Of a stretch of 64,000 bases of DNA, positions 13,990-27,797 are shown piece after piece. The notes under the pieces are model-generated. The model saw only the letters and a program-made list of their open reading frames with translations. It was not told the DNA's origin and ran no database searches. The position numbers and the translations under genes are program-made. Location of the stretch: NCBI GenBank assembly GCA_028534125.1, contig CM052816.1:72790001-72854000 (forward strand), written 5' to 3'. The stretch is from Lama glama. Lineage: Eukaryota. Positions within the stretch are counted from its first letter, which is position 1, and each line of letters begins with the position of its first letter.

Positions 13990-14600
13990 AGGATGTGGTC
14001 CCTGCTCTTAGGGAGCTTTGGTTATGCAGGTGAGGCAAACAGAAACCGATGGTAGCATGTTATCACATGAGAAAGGAAAGCACAGTGCTGGGCTCCCAGG
14101 GCAAGAAGCCGGACTCTGCTGAGGGCTGGTTTGGAGGGATCACAGTAGATCTTTGAGAATGTTGCAAAATAATCTGCATCTTGAGAGACTAGCAGAAGTG
14201 GCCGGGCAAGGGGAAGGAAGCCAGAGCACATACCGAGTCAGCTAAAATTACCGATTTAAAGGCATGGAGGAGAGTGAATTGGCTTGTTGGGACCTGCAAG
14301 CAGTTCACAGTGGCAGGAGCTGTCTGGGTCTTGGTGTCAGAGGTAGGAAAGTTATGGAGTGTGGCTGGAGAGCAGGGGCCACGTCATAACCAGCATGTTG
14401 GGATTCCCTTTGTAGATCTGACTTACTCTTGAGGCTCTGAGGAAACGTTAAGCCTGTGGGTAGCTAGACTGGACTTGAGGCTTCCTACTCTGAAGAATGG
14501 CCTGGAAGGCAGTTAAAGTAGAGGTAGTCAGTGGTAATTTGAATCATAATCTGCAGTAATCCAGGCAAGAAAAATTCAAGAATAGTGAGGCATTTTTCAT
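13990..14600 (+). mobile_element. Degraded L2 LINE
   Basis: 'tggtccctgctcttagggagctt' followed by purine-rich L2 3' region motifs. Confidence 0.55.
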
Positions 14601-14719
14601 TGGGATGAAGAAAAGGAACTCTAGCGCTCACTTCTGTAGCACACATGCTGAACTTGGAAGGATCGGAGACTAGCGTGGCCTCTGCATGAGGTTGACACAC
14701 AAATTCCTGAAGCATTCTG

Positions 14720-14862
14720 TAGTTTTTATAACGATGCGGGATGATGGATGTTAACTAAACGTATTTCGGGTACCACTTCACAATATATACACGTCAAATC
14801 ATTATGTTGTATGTCTTAAACTAATGCAACATTCAAGTATCTCAGTGCAACTGGGAAAAAAA
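14720..14862 (+). mobile_element. L1 (L1MA/MB-type) 3' end fragment
   Basis: 'gatggatgttaactaaac...cacaatatatacacgtcaaatcattatgttgta...tatctcagtgcaactgggaaaaaaa'. Confidence 0.7.
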
Positions 14863-16464
14863 AGGGGAAGGAGATCTATCTTTCTATATAAGAGAAAAGT
14901 AAAATAAACAGTAAAAAGAGAATATACAGCTTTAGAAATACAGGAGCAGAACTGAAGTCTAAGGGTGGTGACAGAACAGAAGAGTCGATGAATATCAACC
15001 ACCACTGACCAGAGGATGGCATCTAGTACCTTACAGGATGATGTAACCTAATTATGACGTAGAGTTTATCACAGAAGTGTAATTTGATTTTTAAAAATCT
15101 TGAAAGGGAAACAACTGGCCTCAGAGTTATTAATGCTCACAATCATGGAAGAAGTACGCAACAGAAAAGCATAGTTATTAAGGATGCCAAGTCACTTTCC
15201 ATATTATAAACAATTGATAATAGAAAAACCAAAGGCAGGGCTTAATATGGCCTCAAACCAAGTGACATCATAAGATGTCCTGGAGGGAAATACTGGGCAG
15301 GGAATGACAGCCTGGATGCCATACAGAGGGGGGACAAAAAGATATTCTTTTTAATTGTTGTTTATGTGTGTTTGGTTGGTTGTCCTCTGATAAATAGGTA
15401 TTTTCAAGCCTGAGAATTTGAGTAGTAGTGGAAAGAGACACTACTTAGCTGCTCTTCTGCCTGGGTGCTTTGGGTCCCCCCCATGGAGAGAAGGGAAGTA
15501 CAACATGGAGTTGTCAGTGATGTTGAACTGAGATGCGGGATTCAGGAACCGTGGGTTTCAGTGGTGGTAGGCTCAGTTTAGAAGAGTTCTGTTTGGACAC
15601 ACGGGATCTGGGACATCTGTTTAAAGCCAGGTAGGGGACATCCACGTCAGTAGTTAGGGCTAGAGGTCAGGAAAGTGGTCTGTCTTATTTGGATGAATCA
15701 TTTTCAACTCCATTCACCTAATTGAGAGTAAACCAGATGTGTGATCTTCCAGAGAATGTCACTGATTTTACTTTCTTACCCAAAACAGAGAGACTCAAGG
15801 TAACTTCCAGAAGAAGATATGGGACACATTGTTGAATAGGCCGTTCATTGTCTTGATTCTCTGATTGGAGAATTTGGTACTCTCCTTTCAAACCTCCTCT
15901 GCAATGTGATGAAAGTTGTTTCCACTGAGGTTTACTGCTGCCTCAGTCTCCATTGTCCAGAGAACCTAGTGTCCCCTACCAAGGACAGCACGCAGACTGA
16001 ATGCTACACTACACTGTTTCTAGGCAAGCCTGGGGTACACATACACATACACCCCCACCTGAATACACACAGATGATTTTGTTAACCTATGTCAATAGTG
16101 CCTAAAGAAAGGTGAGGATGAAAGACTATTGAATCACTGGAGCAGATTAATCACTTTAAAACTAGCTTGGGAAAATCTTGTGTGAGTCACGGAAGTGATG
16201 CACAAGAGAAATCATTAAGCTTTGAATGTTTACTTCTTTTTTTCTGAACAATCCCTGCTGACTGAGAAATGCATGCTGTTAATTGTTAAGGCATTTTCTA
16301 GCTTTGTCAGTAAGCCACAGTGTTGTATCTTTCCACATCAGAAGAAGTTAAGGAAGACATATATATGACCTGTCCAGCTGTGTTCTGTAAAGTCAGTCTG
16401 CCAGTTTGGGGCAAATTTGTCATTTTGCCTGAATAAGATGTTCTGGATCAGCGTTCTACAGGAA

Positions 16465-16964
16465 NNNNNNNNNNNNNNNNNNNNNNNNNNNNNNNNNNNN
16501 NNNNNNNNNNNNNNNNNNNNNNNNNNNNNNNNNNNNNNNNNNNNNNNNNNNNNNNNNNNNNNNNNNNNNNNNNNNNNNNNNNNNNNNNNNNNNNNNNNNN
16601 NNNNNNNNNNNNNNNNNNNNNNNNNNNNNNNNNNNNNNNNNNNNNNNNNNNNNNNNNNNNNNNNNNNNNNNNNNNNNNNNNNNNNNNNNNNNNNNNNNNN
16701 NNNNNNNNNNNNNNNNNNNNNNNNNNNNNNNNNNNNNNNNNNNNNNNNNNNNNNNNNNNNNNNNNNNNNNNNNNNNNNNNNNNNNNNNNNNNNNNNNNNN
16801 NNNNNNNNNNNNNNNNNNNNNNNNNNNNNNNNNNNNNNNNNNNNNNNNNNNNNNNNNNNNNNNNNNNNNNNNNNNNNNNNNNNNNNNNNNNNNNNNNNNN
16901 NNNNNNNNNNNNNNNNNNNNNNNNNNNNNNNNNNNNNNNNNNNNNNNNNNNNNNNNNNNNNNNN
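16465..16964. other. Assembly gap (500 N)
   Basis: Run of exactly 500 N. Confidence 1.
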
Positions 16965-19584
16965 GCCTTTAAAATTAAATAACATGTACTGTTGCTGATT
17001 TGTATCATTATTACTTTGCTGTAAATAATGAGATGAATTTTAAAGGTATTTCTCTAAAGTAACAGAACAATTTTAACTGGCAGCACTTGTCTTTTAAACT
17101 TGTGATTGAAATAACTTGAGCATAGGGGAATGGTTTCCTGTATAATTTAATTAGCCACTGATCTAATACGATCTATTCCCTGAAAGAGATAGCTCGAGAG
17201 CAATGCTGGGCAATACAGATCATAGCAGATGTCCTCATCATTTTACCCAGATGTATTGTAGTAATAATCTGACTTGTACTATCACCTTCAGGATGGAGAT
17301 GGTTTCACCAGATCAGGGTTGATTTTTGTCCTCTTAATACCCATATGTGAGCAGAGTTCTGGCTAGCGATGATTAAATTACAGCTTAAAATGCACTGTAT
17401 CTGCAAAGAACCAATGGAAAGATACTGCTTCCTATCATGAGACCATGGGCAAATCAGTGAAACTCTAAAATCCATCCATATCAGTCAAATGAAGTTAATG
17501 AAGGCCGTTCTAGCTGCCATAAGGCTGTGGTGATAATCACCAAGACGAATTAAGTTCCTATTGTAAGAGATCTATGTGAACTGAACCTGGTGTTTTTGGT
17601 GGTGGTGGTGGTGGTGATGCTATGGGTTATTGTGATTATGCAAATTCAGTGGAAATGATACTTGTACGCATGTGGAGACAAGAGGGCTTCTTTTTGATTT
17701 TCAATTCTTAGACAAACCAAGTGAGACCTCAGATATATTGTTCTTTGCATATTAGATTAAAATACAGTTGGGTAGTCTGAATATTTTCATTTATGTATCG
17801 ATGTGTTTATTTACTTATATAAGCATGTAATTTCATCTTACCATCATGGAGAGTCTGACCCTCAGTTTGACTGTAAGGGGATAGACTAAATTTTTACCTA
17901 GATCTTATACAATTATAACTTTCTATGACTCTGTGGATAAGAGTCAGTCTACTATAAGAAAACATATTTAATAGGTCAAAGCTTTTATTTTCTATCACTG
18001 TCCCTTTTTACCTCTGGTCATGGCATCCCTGGCTCAATAGCAAATCCAGATAGAAAAAGAAAAAGCGGAGAAGTTCATAAACATACCATCCAAAATTATG
18101 TGGATATGTTGAATGTTAAGAGCAAACTCTACCATTGCTAAGGTGGGATTTCAGAATCTGTAATAAATGAGAGTCTACCTTTTGGGTTAATGGAAGATCT
18201 CTTTTTAACCTCAACATAAATAACCAATTACTGAGTTAGCTTCTTGTCAGCTTCTTTTCTCTGTGGTTTAAAATTTTCTGTGCTATGCTTATCTCTGAAC
18301 CTTAGATTTTAATAAAATTCTTCATGACTTACATGTTTGTAAAGAGATTAGAATTGTAGCTAGCAGTAGAAAGTGCTGTAAGCATGTTTGTTAAATTAAA
18401 ACACACACATGTACACACACTGTAAATAAATTTAGACCCTCATTTGCAGAACTATGTTATATGGAAGACACTTAAACATCTTATTATGTATCCACCCTTT
18501 TATAAACAGCCGCTTTATGTGTCAGCCTTTTATATAAAGCCTCTCATTTAATCTGCATAAAAAGTACAAATTCTTTCTATATTCCACCATCTGTCATACA
18601 AACTGACATATATGCAAATTATCCAGGAAGAAAATCTAATTCTTTAATTTAGATGGTCCCATAAACATTTACATAAATAAAAATTGCACACTTAATACAT
18701 TTTATGATCTAATTAACAATAACCACCCAAGGGCTTCACTTAGGCTGAAAAGGTGTTCGTAACATACTGCTGCTTTTATGTCTCAGGTGGCTACTTTTCT
18801 TACTAGGAGCAGAAGTTTGAGCCTAGCAAAAAGACTACAGTTCTTTGTTTCACTTTAATTGTAATAGTTTTGCACATTAGCAATATGCTAAAACCAATAA
18901 TTAATAGAGTTAACTTGAGAAGGCCATCGAAAGAGATGCTCTACTAATTTGAAGATAATCAGTGCAGAGCTGCTTTGCTAAAATGCATACAGTTACTTTA
19001 AAGTGCCTATTAACTAACAGCACCTAGAAAATATGGCATCATTGCTTATTTCGCTTCAGCCAGGTGTTGAATGACAGCGCACAGCATCCGCTAGTGTTTC
19101 ACGTTGAACTTGCTTTTCTATGTCACCTGCACCTTCCAGCTCTCTGGAGGATTACACCTCAGGCAAGAATTTCCTTCCAGAAGTTTCTCTCCTATTAGAT
19201 ACCAGGGTAGTTTACTCCATCTCGAGCTTTGGGGATGGGGGAAAGGAGGAGAGCCCTTTGAGAGTTTTTAGCCAATAGGAAGATATAAAAGTGAAATACA
19301 ACCATGTTACCCAACCACCTTTATTGACCTCAGACACTCCAGGGGAATTTTCCCTCAGAGATTTTCTCTGATGAAAACCTGAGATAATTTTTTCCTCTAA
19401 ATTCCCTTAAGATATAGTAGAGGTTTCCTTTCATTGGTTGCAATGAAAATACGTACATTCTTTAAAGAATTTCTGTACTATGGTTATGTTCTTAGAATGT
19501 TTGAAAATCTTGTATTATGATTATCATGAATTTTACTCATATAAATGGTTATGAAATATACAGCTAAGATCTTTAGAGTGGAAA

Positions 19585-19790
19585 AGATTATACTGTGGTT
19601 CAGACAGACCTGTGATTGCCTTCCAACTTTGCCACCTACAGGTGTGTGACTTTGAGCAAGTTTCTTAATTTGTCCAAGCTTTGCATTCCCTACCTGTAAT
19701 ATAACAATATGAGGTTTCAGAAATGTTATAAAGAGCAATGAGATGACGTAAGAGTACCTTGCAAAGAGTTAAGTGCTTAGTGTATGCTAA
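19585..19790 (+). mobile_element. MIR SINE
   Basis: 'cagacagacctg...tgtgtgactttgagcaagtttcttaatttgtccaagctttgcattccctacctgtaa'. Confidence 0.75.
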
Positions 19791-22611
19791 TCTCTTCCAT
19801 TGTTCCTTTATATTTATGCATTATGTAAAATGTATTTACTAATATTTATATATGGAAAAATACGTAAAATACAATTGCTCATATTGACTTATACAAACAA
19901 GCAAAGAGGTACCACATGAAAATATTTTTCTTGAAATGCTAATTATAGTTGAAAAGTCACACTTAAAATCTTAATATCTGATTTAGTACCTTTCTATAAG
20001 TATTAATGAACTCTTAGTACAAAAATTTGGGCTAATAGACATTCCAAATTTAAGAATTATTAATTTATTTATGTTTTTATTTTAAAATAATACACCAACA
20101 TTGAAAGAAATGTGAGAAAAATATCCATAATCTCAAGCATCATTAAATTTTAATTTATAAATCTACTAAGGGCAAATTTTGTATTTTATCATCATTATTG
20201 AAATAGTAAAGAGAACATTTAGAACTCAAAGGATTCATTGGCCAGGGAACAGGTCTAGAACAAACTCTTAAAATGACCAGACCTCATTCTTTTCATAGCA
20301 GTAGCAGTTTAGTTACGCAGTAACTTTTTACTGCTAAAAGCTGTTTGAACCCTCTATAATGCAAAAGGGTTGATGTCAGAGGTGAAAATATTTGTAAGTA
20401 GCTCATAACACTACAAATAAGAAAAAGAAGTTTCTCCAGTTGAAAAATATATATAATTGTATATCTGACTTTTTAACAGTGTCATTGTTAGAAATCATAG
20501 CTTTTAAATTATTTGGAGAGATTGCTCTCAAGAATGCAAATATATATCCCAAGAATTCAAAAGCTTTTATCATGTGAATGGAAAGGAAATAATCACTACT
20601 TTCAAATACATTTAAAAATATAGTGCTGATGTTACATAACAAGGTAGACAGGTCATGGAATCAACAAAAGCACGAGGTTGGTAGGCTCTCCTCCTGCGCA
20701 CTTTGGAGTTAGAATTTGCTTTGCACAGCACTGTACTGTAGGGGAAACGCTTGCATCCTATATATATTCTTTTAATCACATTTTTTTTAAGAAATATTAT
20801 TTCTTTTGGCTATCTCCATTTTTACCTTACACTCAGCATTGCTGGCAGTTTTTACCCCTGGTCTCCTTAGAAATGGCATGTACGTGTTTCTACCAAATAA
20901 TTCAATTTAGGATGGCCTCATTGAGTTGCTCTCTACTTGTCTTCCTACTGACATTATCACTTACTATGATCTGTAACAAAATGTCACTATGTTTCATTCA
21001 ACTAAGATAAGGATCTCTTCAAGGATGTTGTTTTAATGTCTCTGTTTGTAGTAAGTGCATGAATCCAATAATTCTAGGGGACACAATTCAAAGAACAAAA
21101 AAACTCAAATTACTACTTAACAACAGTGATAATTCTATTTTAATCACCAATCAATATAAAGCTCACTCCCAAAGTCTGTTCGTGGCTTACGTTCTTCAGC
21201 TCTGTGAAATTGATGGATAACAATTGTTTACTACCCTAATTCTGTTCTCTTCTATACAGATAAAGTAAAATCATGGCATATTCAAGCGAGGGCAATATCT
21301 TTGGAATTGGCAACCTATTTTGCTGACTCTTCTTATGTCTTCAGGCAGATTATGTTGCACTGTATTCCTTGTCTTGAGGACTCCTTAATGCAATTTTCAA
21401 TCTGATTGGCATTGCTGTAATTGATATAAGTAATAAGTTTATTCAGTGACTGAAGAAGTAAGTTGAACACACTGATAGAAATTTGGTGACCTAGCTTTGC
21501 AGAGCTCATTCTCTGCCTGGCTTTCTGGCTCTGCTACTTTGTTATTTCTCTGATTCTTTAATAATTTAGCAATTGATGTGTGAATTTTTGAGTCTTTAAA
21601 TTCTATATATCATATTTTGCTAAGAGTTTACCTACTTAACATATTAGTACTCATTTTTACTTTCAAGAGATAAAGAAGAGTTAATTCAGATATTCAATAA
21701 TGGAATATTTGGCTTCCTAACTTTATAAAATTTCAGTTCATGTGAAAGGTGATGAACTGAGGAACTTTTGTTGCCATGGTGGGTTACTAAGTGACTTAGT
21801 TTGAATTTGAATGTCCTATGTCAGGAGAGCTAAGACAGTCTAGAATAAATACTTCTTTTCTCTCTCTCTCTTTTTTTTTTTTGTGCCATAGCCCTTCACC
21901 CTGACCCACATTCCATAGCAGTACAAAAAAGATATGAAAACAAATGCCTAGAAAGGATTTTAAGTTAAATCTAGAGAAAGCTCAAAATATAATTTTTCTA
22001 TATGAAAATTCCCCAATGGAATGATCAAGTTATCATATATATTTTTTCTCTTAACTTAGCTCAATACATTTTCTGCAAAAAAAAAAGAAAATCAGTTTCA
22101 ATGATGACTCAGTGAAGTGATGAATTAAATGAGTGATCAATTTGAATAATAAAAAATTAATCTATAAAGAGCAGTTTATTGGTACATCATTACCTAGAAT
22201 GAAAACGGGATATTCCCTAATTAAATCAGAGCTCACTGGTAATTTGGTTGTTTACTTTCAATAGGACTCAAATTATATGTAACTTGGTAATATTTGGATT
22301 GTATGGTGAAGCACTCTGAGCATACAGTCTCTTATTCATGGGATTATTGATGTAGACGAACAAATGATAGAGTCATTTTTAAAAGAGAACAGCCTCATAA
22401 GAAAAAAATAGGACATATTGGCAATAGAAACCTTCCTGGATTTTTCACAAAACCCTCTAAGATCCTAGCTTTTCTTTCTGCACGCCTGGGCTCTACTTTA
22501 TTTTAATTAACTGTGTTAAATAATGGTTGAAATGGGAAATTTGAGCTAATCGTTGGTCTTTCACTCCAATATCTTGCCCAAAATTATAAATATTATGTTT
22601 ATAAAGTAGAG

Positions 22612-22830
22612 ATCAGTGTCATGTAGTGGTTAATAATACATTCCCTAAAGTCTAATGGTCTGAGTTCAGAAAGCTGACTCTTCCACGGAACACACTTGTC
22701 ATCTCGGGCGAGTCACAGTGCTCTCTGCCTCAACGTCCTCACTCATCAGGTGATGATAAGAACTGTATGATGACAAGGCCAAATTGGTTTAATGTAATAC
22801 TTGGTGCTTTGAACAGTTTAGAGCCATGCA
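22612..22830 (+). mobile_element. MIR SINE
   Basis: 'tgtagtggttaa...ctgagttcaga...ctcgggcgagtcac...ctctgcctcaacgtcctcactc'. Confidence 0.7.
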
Positions 22831-23420
22831 TGTTATTTGCTTCTATCATATGTTTTTCAAGGATAACACTGTATGTGTGTTTTATCACAGTCAATTTAGT
22901 TTTCCTGCCTGCATCTTTTGTGACTGGAAGTGTGATGGTGGGTGGGGATGGTGGGGACAGGAGGAGGGGATAAAAGACACTGCAAGTGATGGTATAAAAT
23001 ATTGTTCCTCTACTTGGGAATCTTTCAATAGCAGCCTCCTAATCACGTGGTTTTCACCTAAATACTCACATACCACTGGGAGGGCTGGGTTGGCACTTGT
23101 ACATGCAGTGTGTGTAGAGGAAATTCACTGTCTGAAGAGAATGATGCTGGTCTCAAAGATCACTGTCCTCCATAAAGACAGGCCTATATGTTAGCATGAT
23201 TTTTCTAAATGTTTCCTAACCCCCTGAGGTATTCTTTCTTTTACCATTTCATAAAAACCTGATATGCTAAATTCTATACATCTTGTCTCCTCAAAATTAT
23301 CTGTTGTTGTTGTTTTGTCCTTTATACTTTTATACAATTTCAGTTCTCATTTCACCTCCCTTAAACTTGTAGTAGCTTTTAAACTGACTTCTCTACCCAT
23401 TGTTAAGTCCATCCTTCATA

Positions 23421-23635
23421 CGAGGATTTTTCAAGCTTACCACTGCTGGCTTTGAGGCCAAATAATTTTTTGCCTTGGGAGAACTTACCGTGAACTGTAG
23501 GACATTTGGCGGCCTCACTAGCCTCTACCCATTAGACGCTAATAGTTCTTCCCCCTGTTGTAAAAACCAAAATGTTCTCTCTATGTTGTCACGTGTCCCT
23601 TGAGCAGCAAAATCATCCTCGGTTGAGGACCGCTG
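23421..23635. mobile_element. MER20 (hAT-Charlie non-autonomous DNA transposon)
   Basis: 'gcctctacccattagacgctaatag...gttgtaaaaaccaaaatg...gcaaaatcatcctcggttgaggaccgctg' is collinear with MER20. Confidence 0.85.
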
Positions 23636-23840
23636 CTCAGCAATGCTTTCTGATCGATCTTCCTAGTTCAGAGTGTATCATTCCCTGTTGAAAAACTTCA
23701 GCGGCTTTTCATATTATCCTGAAAAAAATGTTCTGACCTTTTCAACTCTGGCCATCACTATGTTTCCTAGTGCATTCCTTATTCTATTACATATTGTCCT
23801 TATGATTTAGACTTGCTGATCTATGAGAAAATCTTCCGAC

Positions 23841-23859
23841 AGGTAGGTAGGTAGGTAGG

Positions 23860-23894
<35 letters not shown>

Positions 23895-23935
23895 GTAGAT
23901 AACTAGATGACAGGTAGTTAGATAAGTAGGTAGAT
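23841..23935. repeat. Compound (TAGG)n(TAGA)n tetranucleotide microsatellite
   Basis: Directly visible. Confidence 0.95.
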
Positions 23936-24809
23936 GAGGAATTTTCCAAATTTGATAAATGTTCTCAACCAGAATTTTCTCCCAAGTACCCTGTCTCACA
24001 TCCAGCCTCATCTATCCAGAATTTTTCCTGCTTAAGACATGTTCTTGCTCAAATTCCTTCACATAGTAACTCAGTTTAAATCCCTGCTGGAATTGAGAGG
24101 GTCTTTGCTACATAAAGTTTATTTTGTAGTATGGTTTGTAATGAATCCAATTTTATGTTTCTGAGTTGAATTTCAAGAATTTAAATATCCATTTAACATA
24201 AAATGTATATCCAAGATTTTTATAGATCATTGCTTTGTTAATTCAATACCCCATTTCTTGTTCATGGAATGTCTAGAATTTTTGGAACTTAAGTGTGTTC
24301 CTGAGACTAATTATATATATATTCCTGTAAGAACTCTGTTCATGAAAACTTGTGCATGGAGTTATTATACTATTTGCCTTGTGTAATATAATATACAAAT
24401 AATTTGCTTTCCTTAAAGTTAAATTTCATTTTATACTTTTCTCTCTGTCTCTATCTCTATATACAATTTCTTTAAAATTAAATTTCATTTTATACTTTTC
24501 TCTCCATTAGAGAAAGCGAGAGAGACTAGTGAGTAGTTTAATATGAAAGCATGACCTTATTTTATAAAAAATAAAACGAATTTCACTTTAAGAATCTTAA
24601 CTCCTTCAACTAGATGGGATTAGTTATTCCTTACTAGTCAGCAGCCACGTACAGTTCCAAAGTTTGTGAAGTTGAGTTTTTAAATCTTATCGTGCTCTGC
24701 TTTAATCTATGAATTTGATTTTGAAAAACCCTATTAAAACAGTGAACAAAAATATCCATGTATATTCAGTGTATTTTTATGATAATTTACAAATTCATTT
24801 GAGAGTCAC

Positions 24810-26712
24810 AAGGATGGCTTCATGGGTACGTGGTATGTGACCAGCAGTTGCAAAGGGACCTGCTTTGGGAAGGATCCTGTACTTGGATTAATGCTCTCTG
24901 CAGCCATCTTGAAATTCATAACCATTTTATCTTTGAATTTATGTTATGTAAGTGAAGTCCACTGGGACAGTGAAGCATGAACATGAGCATCGGAGCTGTA
25001 AGTAGCAGCTGTGCACACACAGGTTCAGGCCTGCGGGCACAGCAGGCGGTACAGAAGCCAAGCAATTGTCCTGGCAGCAAGGCGCACACAGGCACGCCTC
25101 AGCAGTCTGGGATGCCATGTATCCCCACTGTGCCCAAGCCAGAATTGGGCCCAGATGAGCAGTGGCAAGGGCAGTAGCAGAAGCAGCGGTAGCAACAGTG
25201 GCAACAGTGGGACTTAGGAGTGGCTCCCTGTGCCAGCAGGATAGGACCCATGGTGAGAGCCACCTGCCTATCAGTCCCAGGAGTCCTTCCCTGTAGTATC
25301 TACACAAATATCAAATCTCCTGCCTAAGTTCTAAGACAGGACCTGCAGAGCTCGGGCAATAAACTTTATCAACAAAGTTGTTACAAAATAAAGGCATTTG
25401 TGTGCCCACTGCAATAAAGCTTATTGCAGAGTTATTAGAATTCTTGAATTTAAAATGTCCAGATTTGAAAACTCCAGCAGTATTGCAAAGTGAATATATC
25501 CACCAGCCTAGAAATACAGATTAAATTTAAAGATCATCACATAGGATGGAAAATAACACTATTTTCATACGAAGTTTTAAATGAGCCAAGGAAGACAATT
25601 TTTAAATTAAATTTTCCTTGTAATTGAAAATACAGGAATAGAATACATCAACAGACATTATGGATTATATACAAACCATGAAGCTACTTTTGGTTTCTTG
25701 CATGACCTTGGCAAGTTACAGGAAATGTCAGAAGAAATACTGAAATATCATTGCATACATTTACATTTAACATTGAACTTCATATAAAAGCAGTATAAAG
25801 TTTCTTTGTTGTGATAGAATTGTTCTGTATCTTGATGGTGGTGATGAATACAGGAATCTACACATGTAATAAAATTGCTTAACACTAAATACACACACAA
25901 ATAAGTACACATACATTAGTGAAATACGAATGAGATCAGTGAATTGTACCTATGTCAATTTCCCATTGTAACATTGTACTACAGCTTGTAAGATGTTAAC
26001 ATTGGGGGAAACTGAGTGAAGAGTACATGAGATATCTATTATTTCTTATCATTTCTGTGTTCATCTATAATTATTTTAAAATAAAAACTGTAATTAAAAA
26101 ATCATTTTCGGGCATACATGAAATATTTATATGATGAGTTAAATGTCTATGGAAAAATTATTTCATGAGAATCATCATCTCCAGATATACTAAAATTTAT
26201 ATAGTAAAACAATTTATCAGAAATATATCCTAATGTTGTCACAGCCTATAAAATACTCTTAATAGTTCCAGTAACAGTTGCATCAACAGGAAGATCTTCC
26301 TTAAAATTAAAAAATATCATCAATTATTTGTGACCTTGCATTAGAAAAAGCAACTGATGTCACTTTCAGTTTTATCATTGAGATGAAATTGTTAATTGTA
26401 TAAATTTTGATGACCTAAGGAATAAATCTGCAGAAAATTAAGCCAGAAGAATTCTATGGTCAATACACAATAGTACAGTAAAATTATTGTCATATTATAT
26501 ATAGTTATGACACCAAAATATCATTTTTTTGAAATTAACAAATTTGTTAGTACTCAACTATCACTATTATTACAATTTTATAAGTAATAAAATATTTTAA
26601 AAGAAAAACCTTATATATATATAAAATCTTCAACAATACTTTTTTCCCTATGTTTTGAACTAAAAGGCCTCAAATTTTTGTTTTGCCCTGGGTCTCATAA
26701 ATTATGTAAATC
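24810..26712 (+). mobile_element. hAT-Tip100 DNA transposon fossil (Zaphod/MER91-type), internally deleted, with transposase remnants
   Basis: Left end 'ggcttcatgggtacgtg...cttggattaatgctct...catcttgaaattc' and right end 'ttttgccctgggtctcataaattatgta' resemble MER91A termini. From 26220 it translates EIYPNVVTAYKILLIVPVTVASTGRSSLKLKNIINYL*, a hAT dimerisation motif. Confidence 0.85.
25795..26101 (+). mobile_element. L1 (L1MC/MD-type) 3' end nested in the hAT element
   Basis: 'ttctgtatcttgatggtggtg...aatgtcaatttcc'-type motifs, 'aagatgttaacattgggggaaactgagtgaagagtaca', A-rich tail. Confidence 0.8.
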
Positions 26713-27431
26713 TTGGAGTAGGGAGTTTGATACAAATTGATTAAAAAACTCCTTAAATGTTATCACAGTATATAATATATATTGAACAGCTTATTTTTGT
26801 AGAATTGAGCTTAGAGTAAAGTTTTGAAATGACATCAGAATTGCATCTGATAACTAATGTCAGAAGTCAGCTTTTTTTTCACAGGGTCTGCCAAGATACT
26901 ATTTTGCTTATTTTATTTTATTACTGTATAGAAAGCCAACAAAATTCATCCGTCATCAACCCTGACATTTGAATTCCAATATACATTGCTCAGAGAAGAC
27001 TTCAAAGAAGTCTTTTCATTTATCAGACCCGTATTTCCAAATTGTGTTTGTTTATTTTTCATTTAAGACATACAGGATTAAGAAGTACCCAAATACACCA
27101 TTTAGATTTTTTAAATTTAAACATCATAGTTTTGATAAAAAAATTCCTATAGTTAAGCCTAGCTGCTTCACACCCATCTGCAGCATTTCTCAGCTTGCAA
27201 ATACGTTACTAGAGAAGGGCCAGATTTCCTGGAAACACTAAAATGAGCCCATCAGCATTCACTCTTGGCATTTTTATATGATACTCATGCCATTGTCCCA
27301 AAAGGAACTTTTAGTTTTAAAAACAGCACACCTAAAACTGAGTAGGATTGCATATTGTAACAGTAGACGCTTTCTATTTCATCTTGCAGTACAGTCATTT
27401 GATTGTTGGCTGGGGAGAAGTACCTGTGTAA

Positions 27432-27797
<366 letters not shown>

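Noticed and set aside
16338..17008. Long ORFs spanning N runs (also 62204-62780)
   Set aside because: Artefacts of assembly gaps.
24939..25307. Ala/Ser-rich ORFs in a GC-rich segment
   Set aside because: Lie within the hAT fossil's low-complexity gcag-rich internal region.
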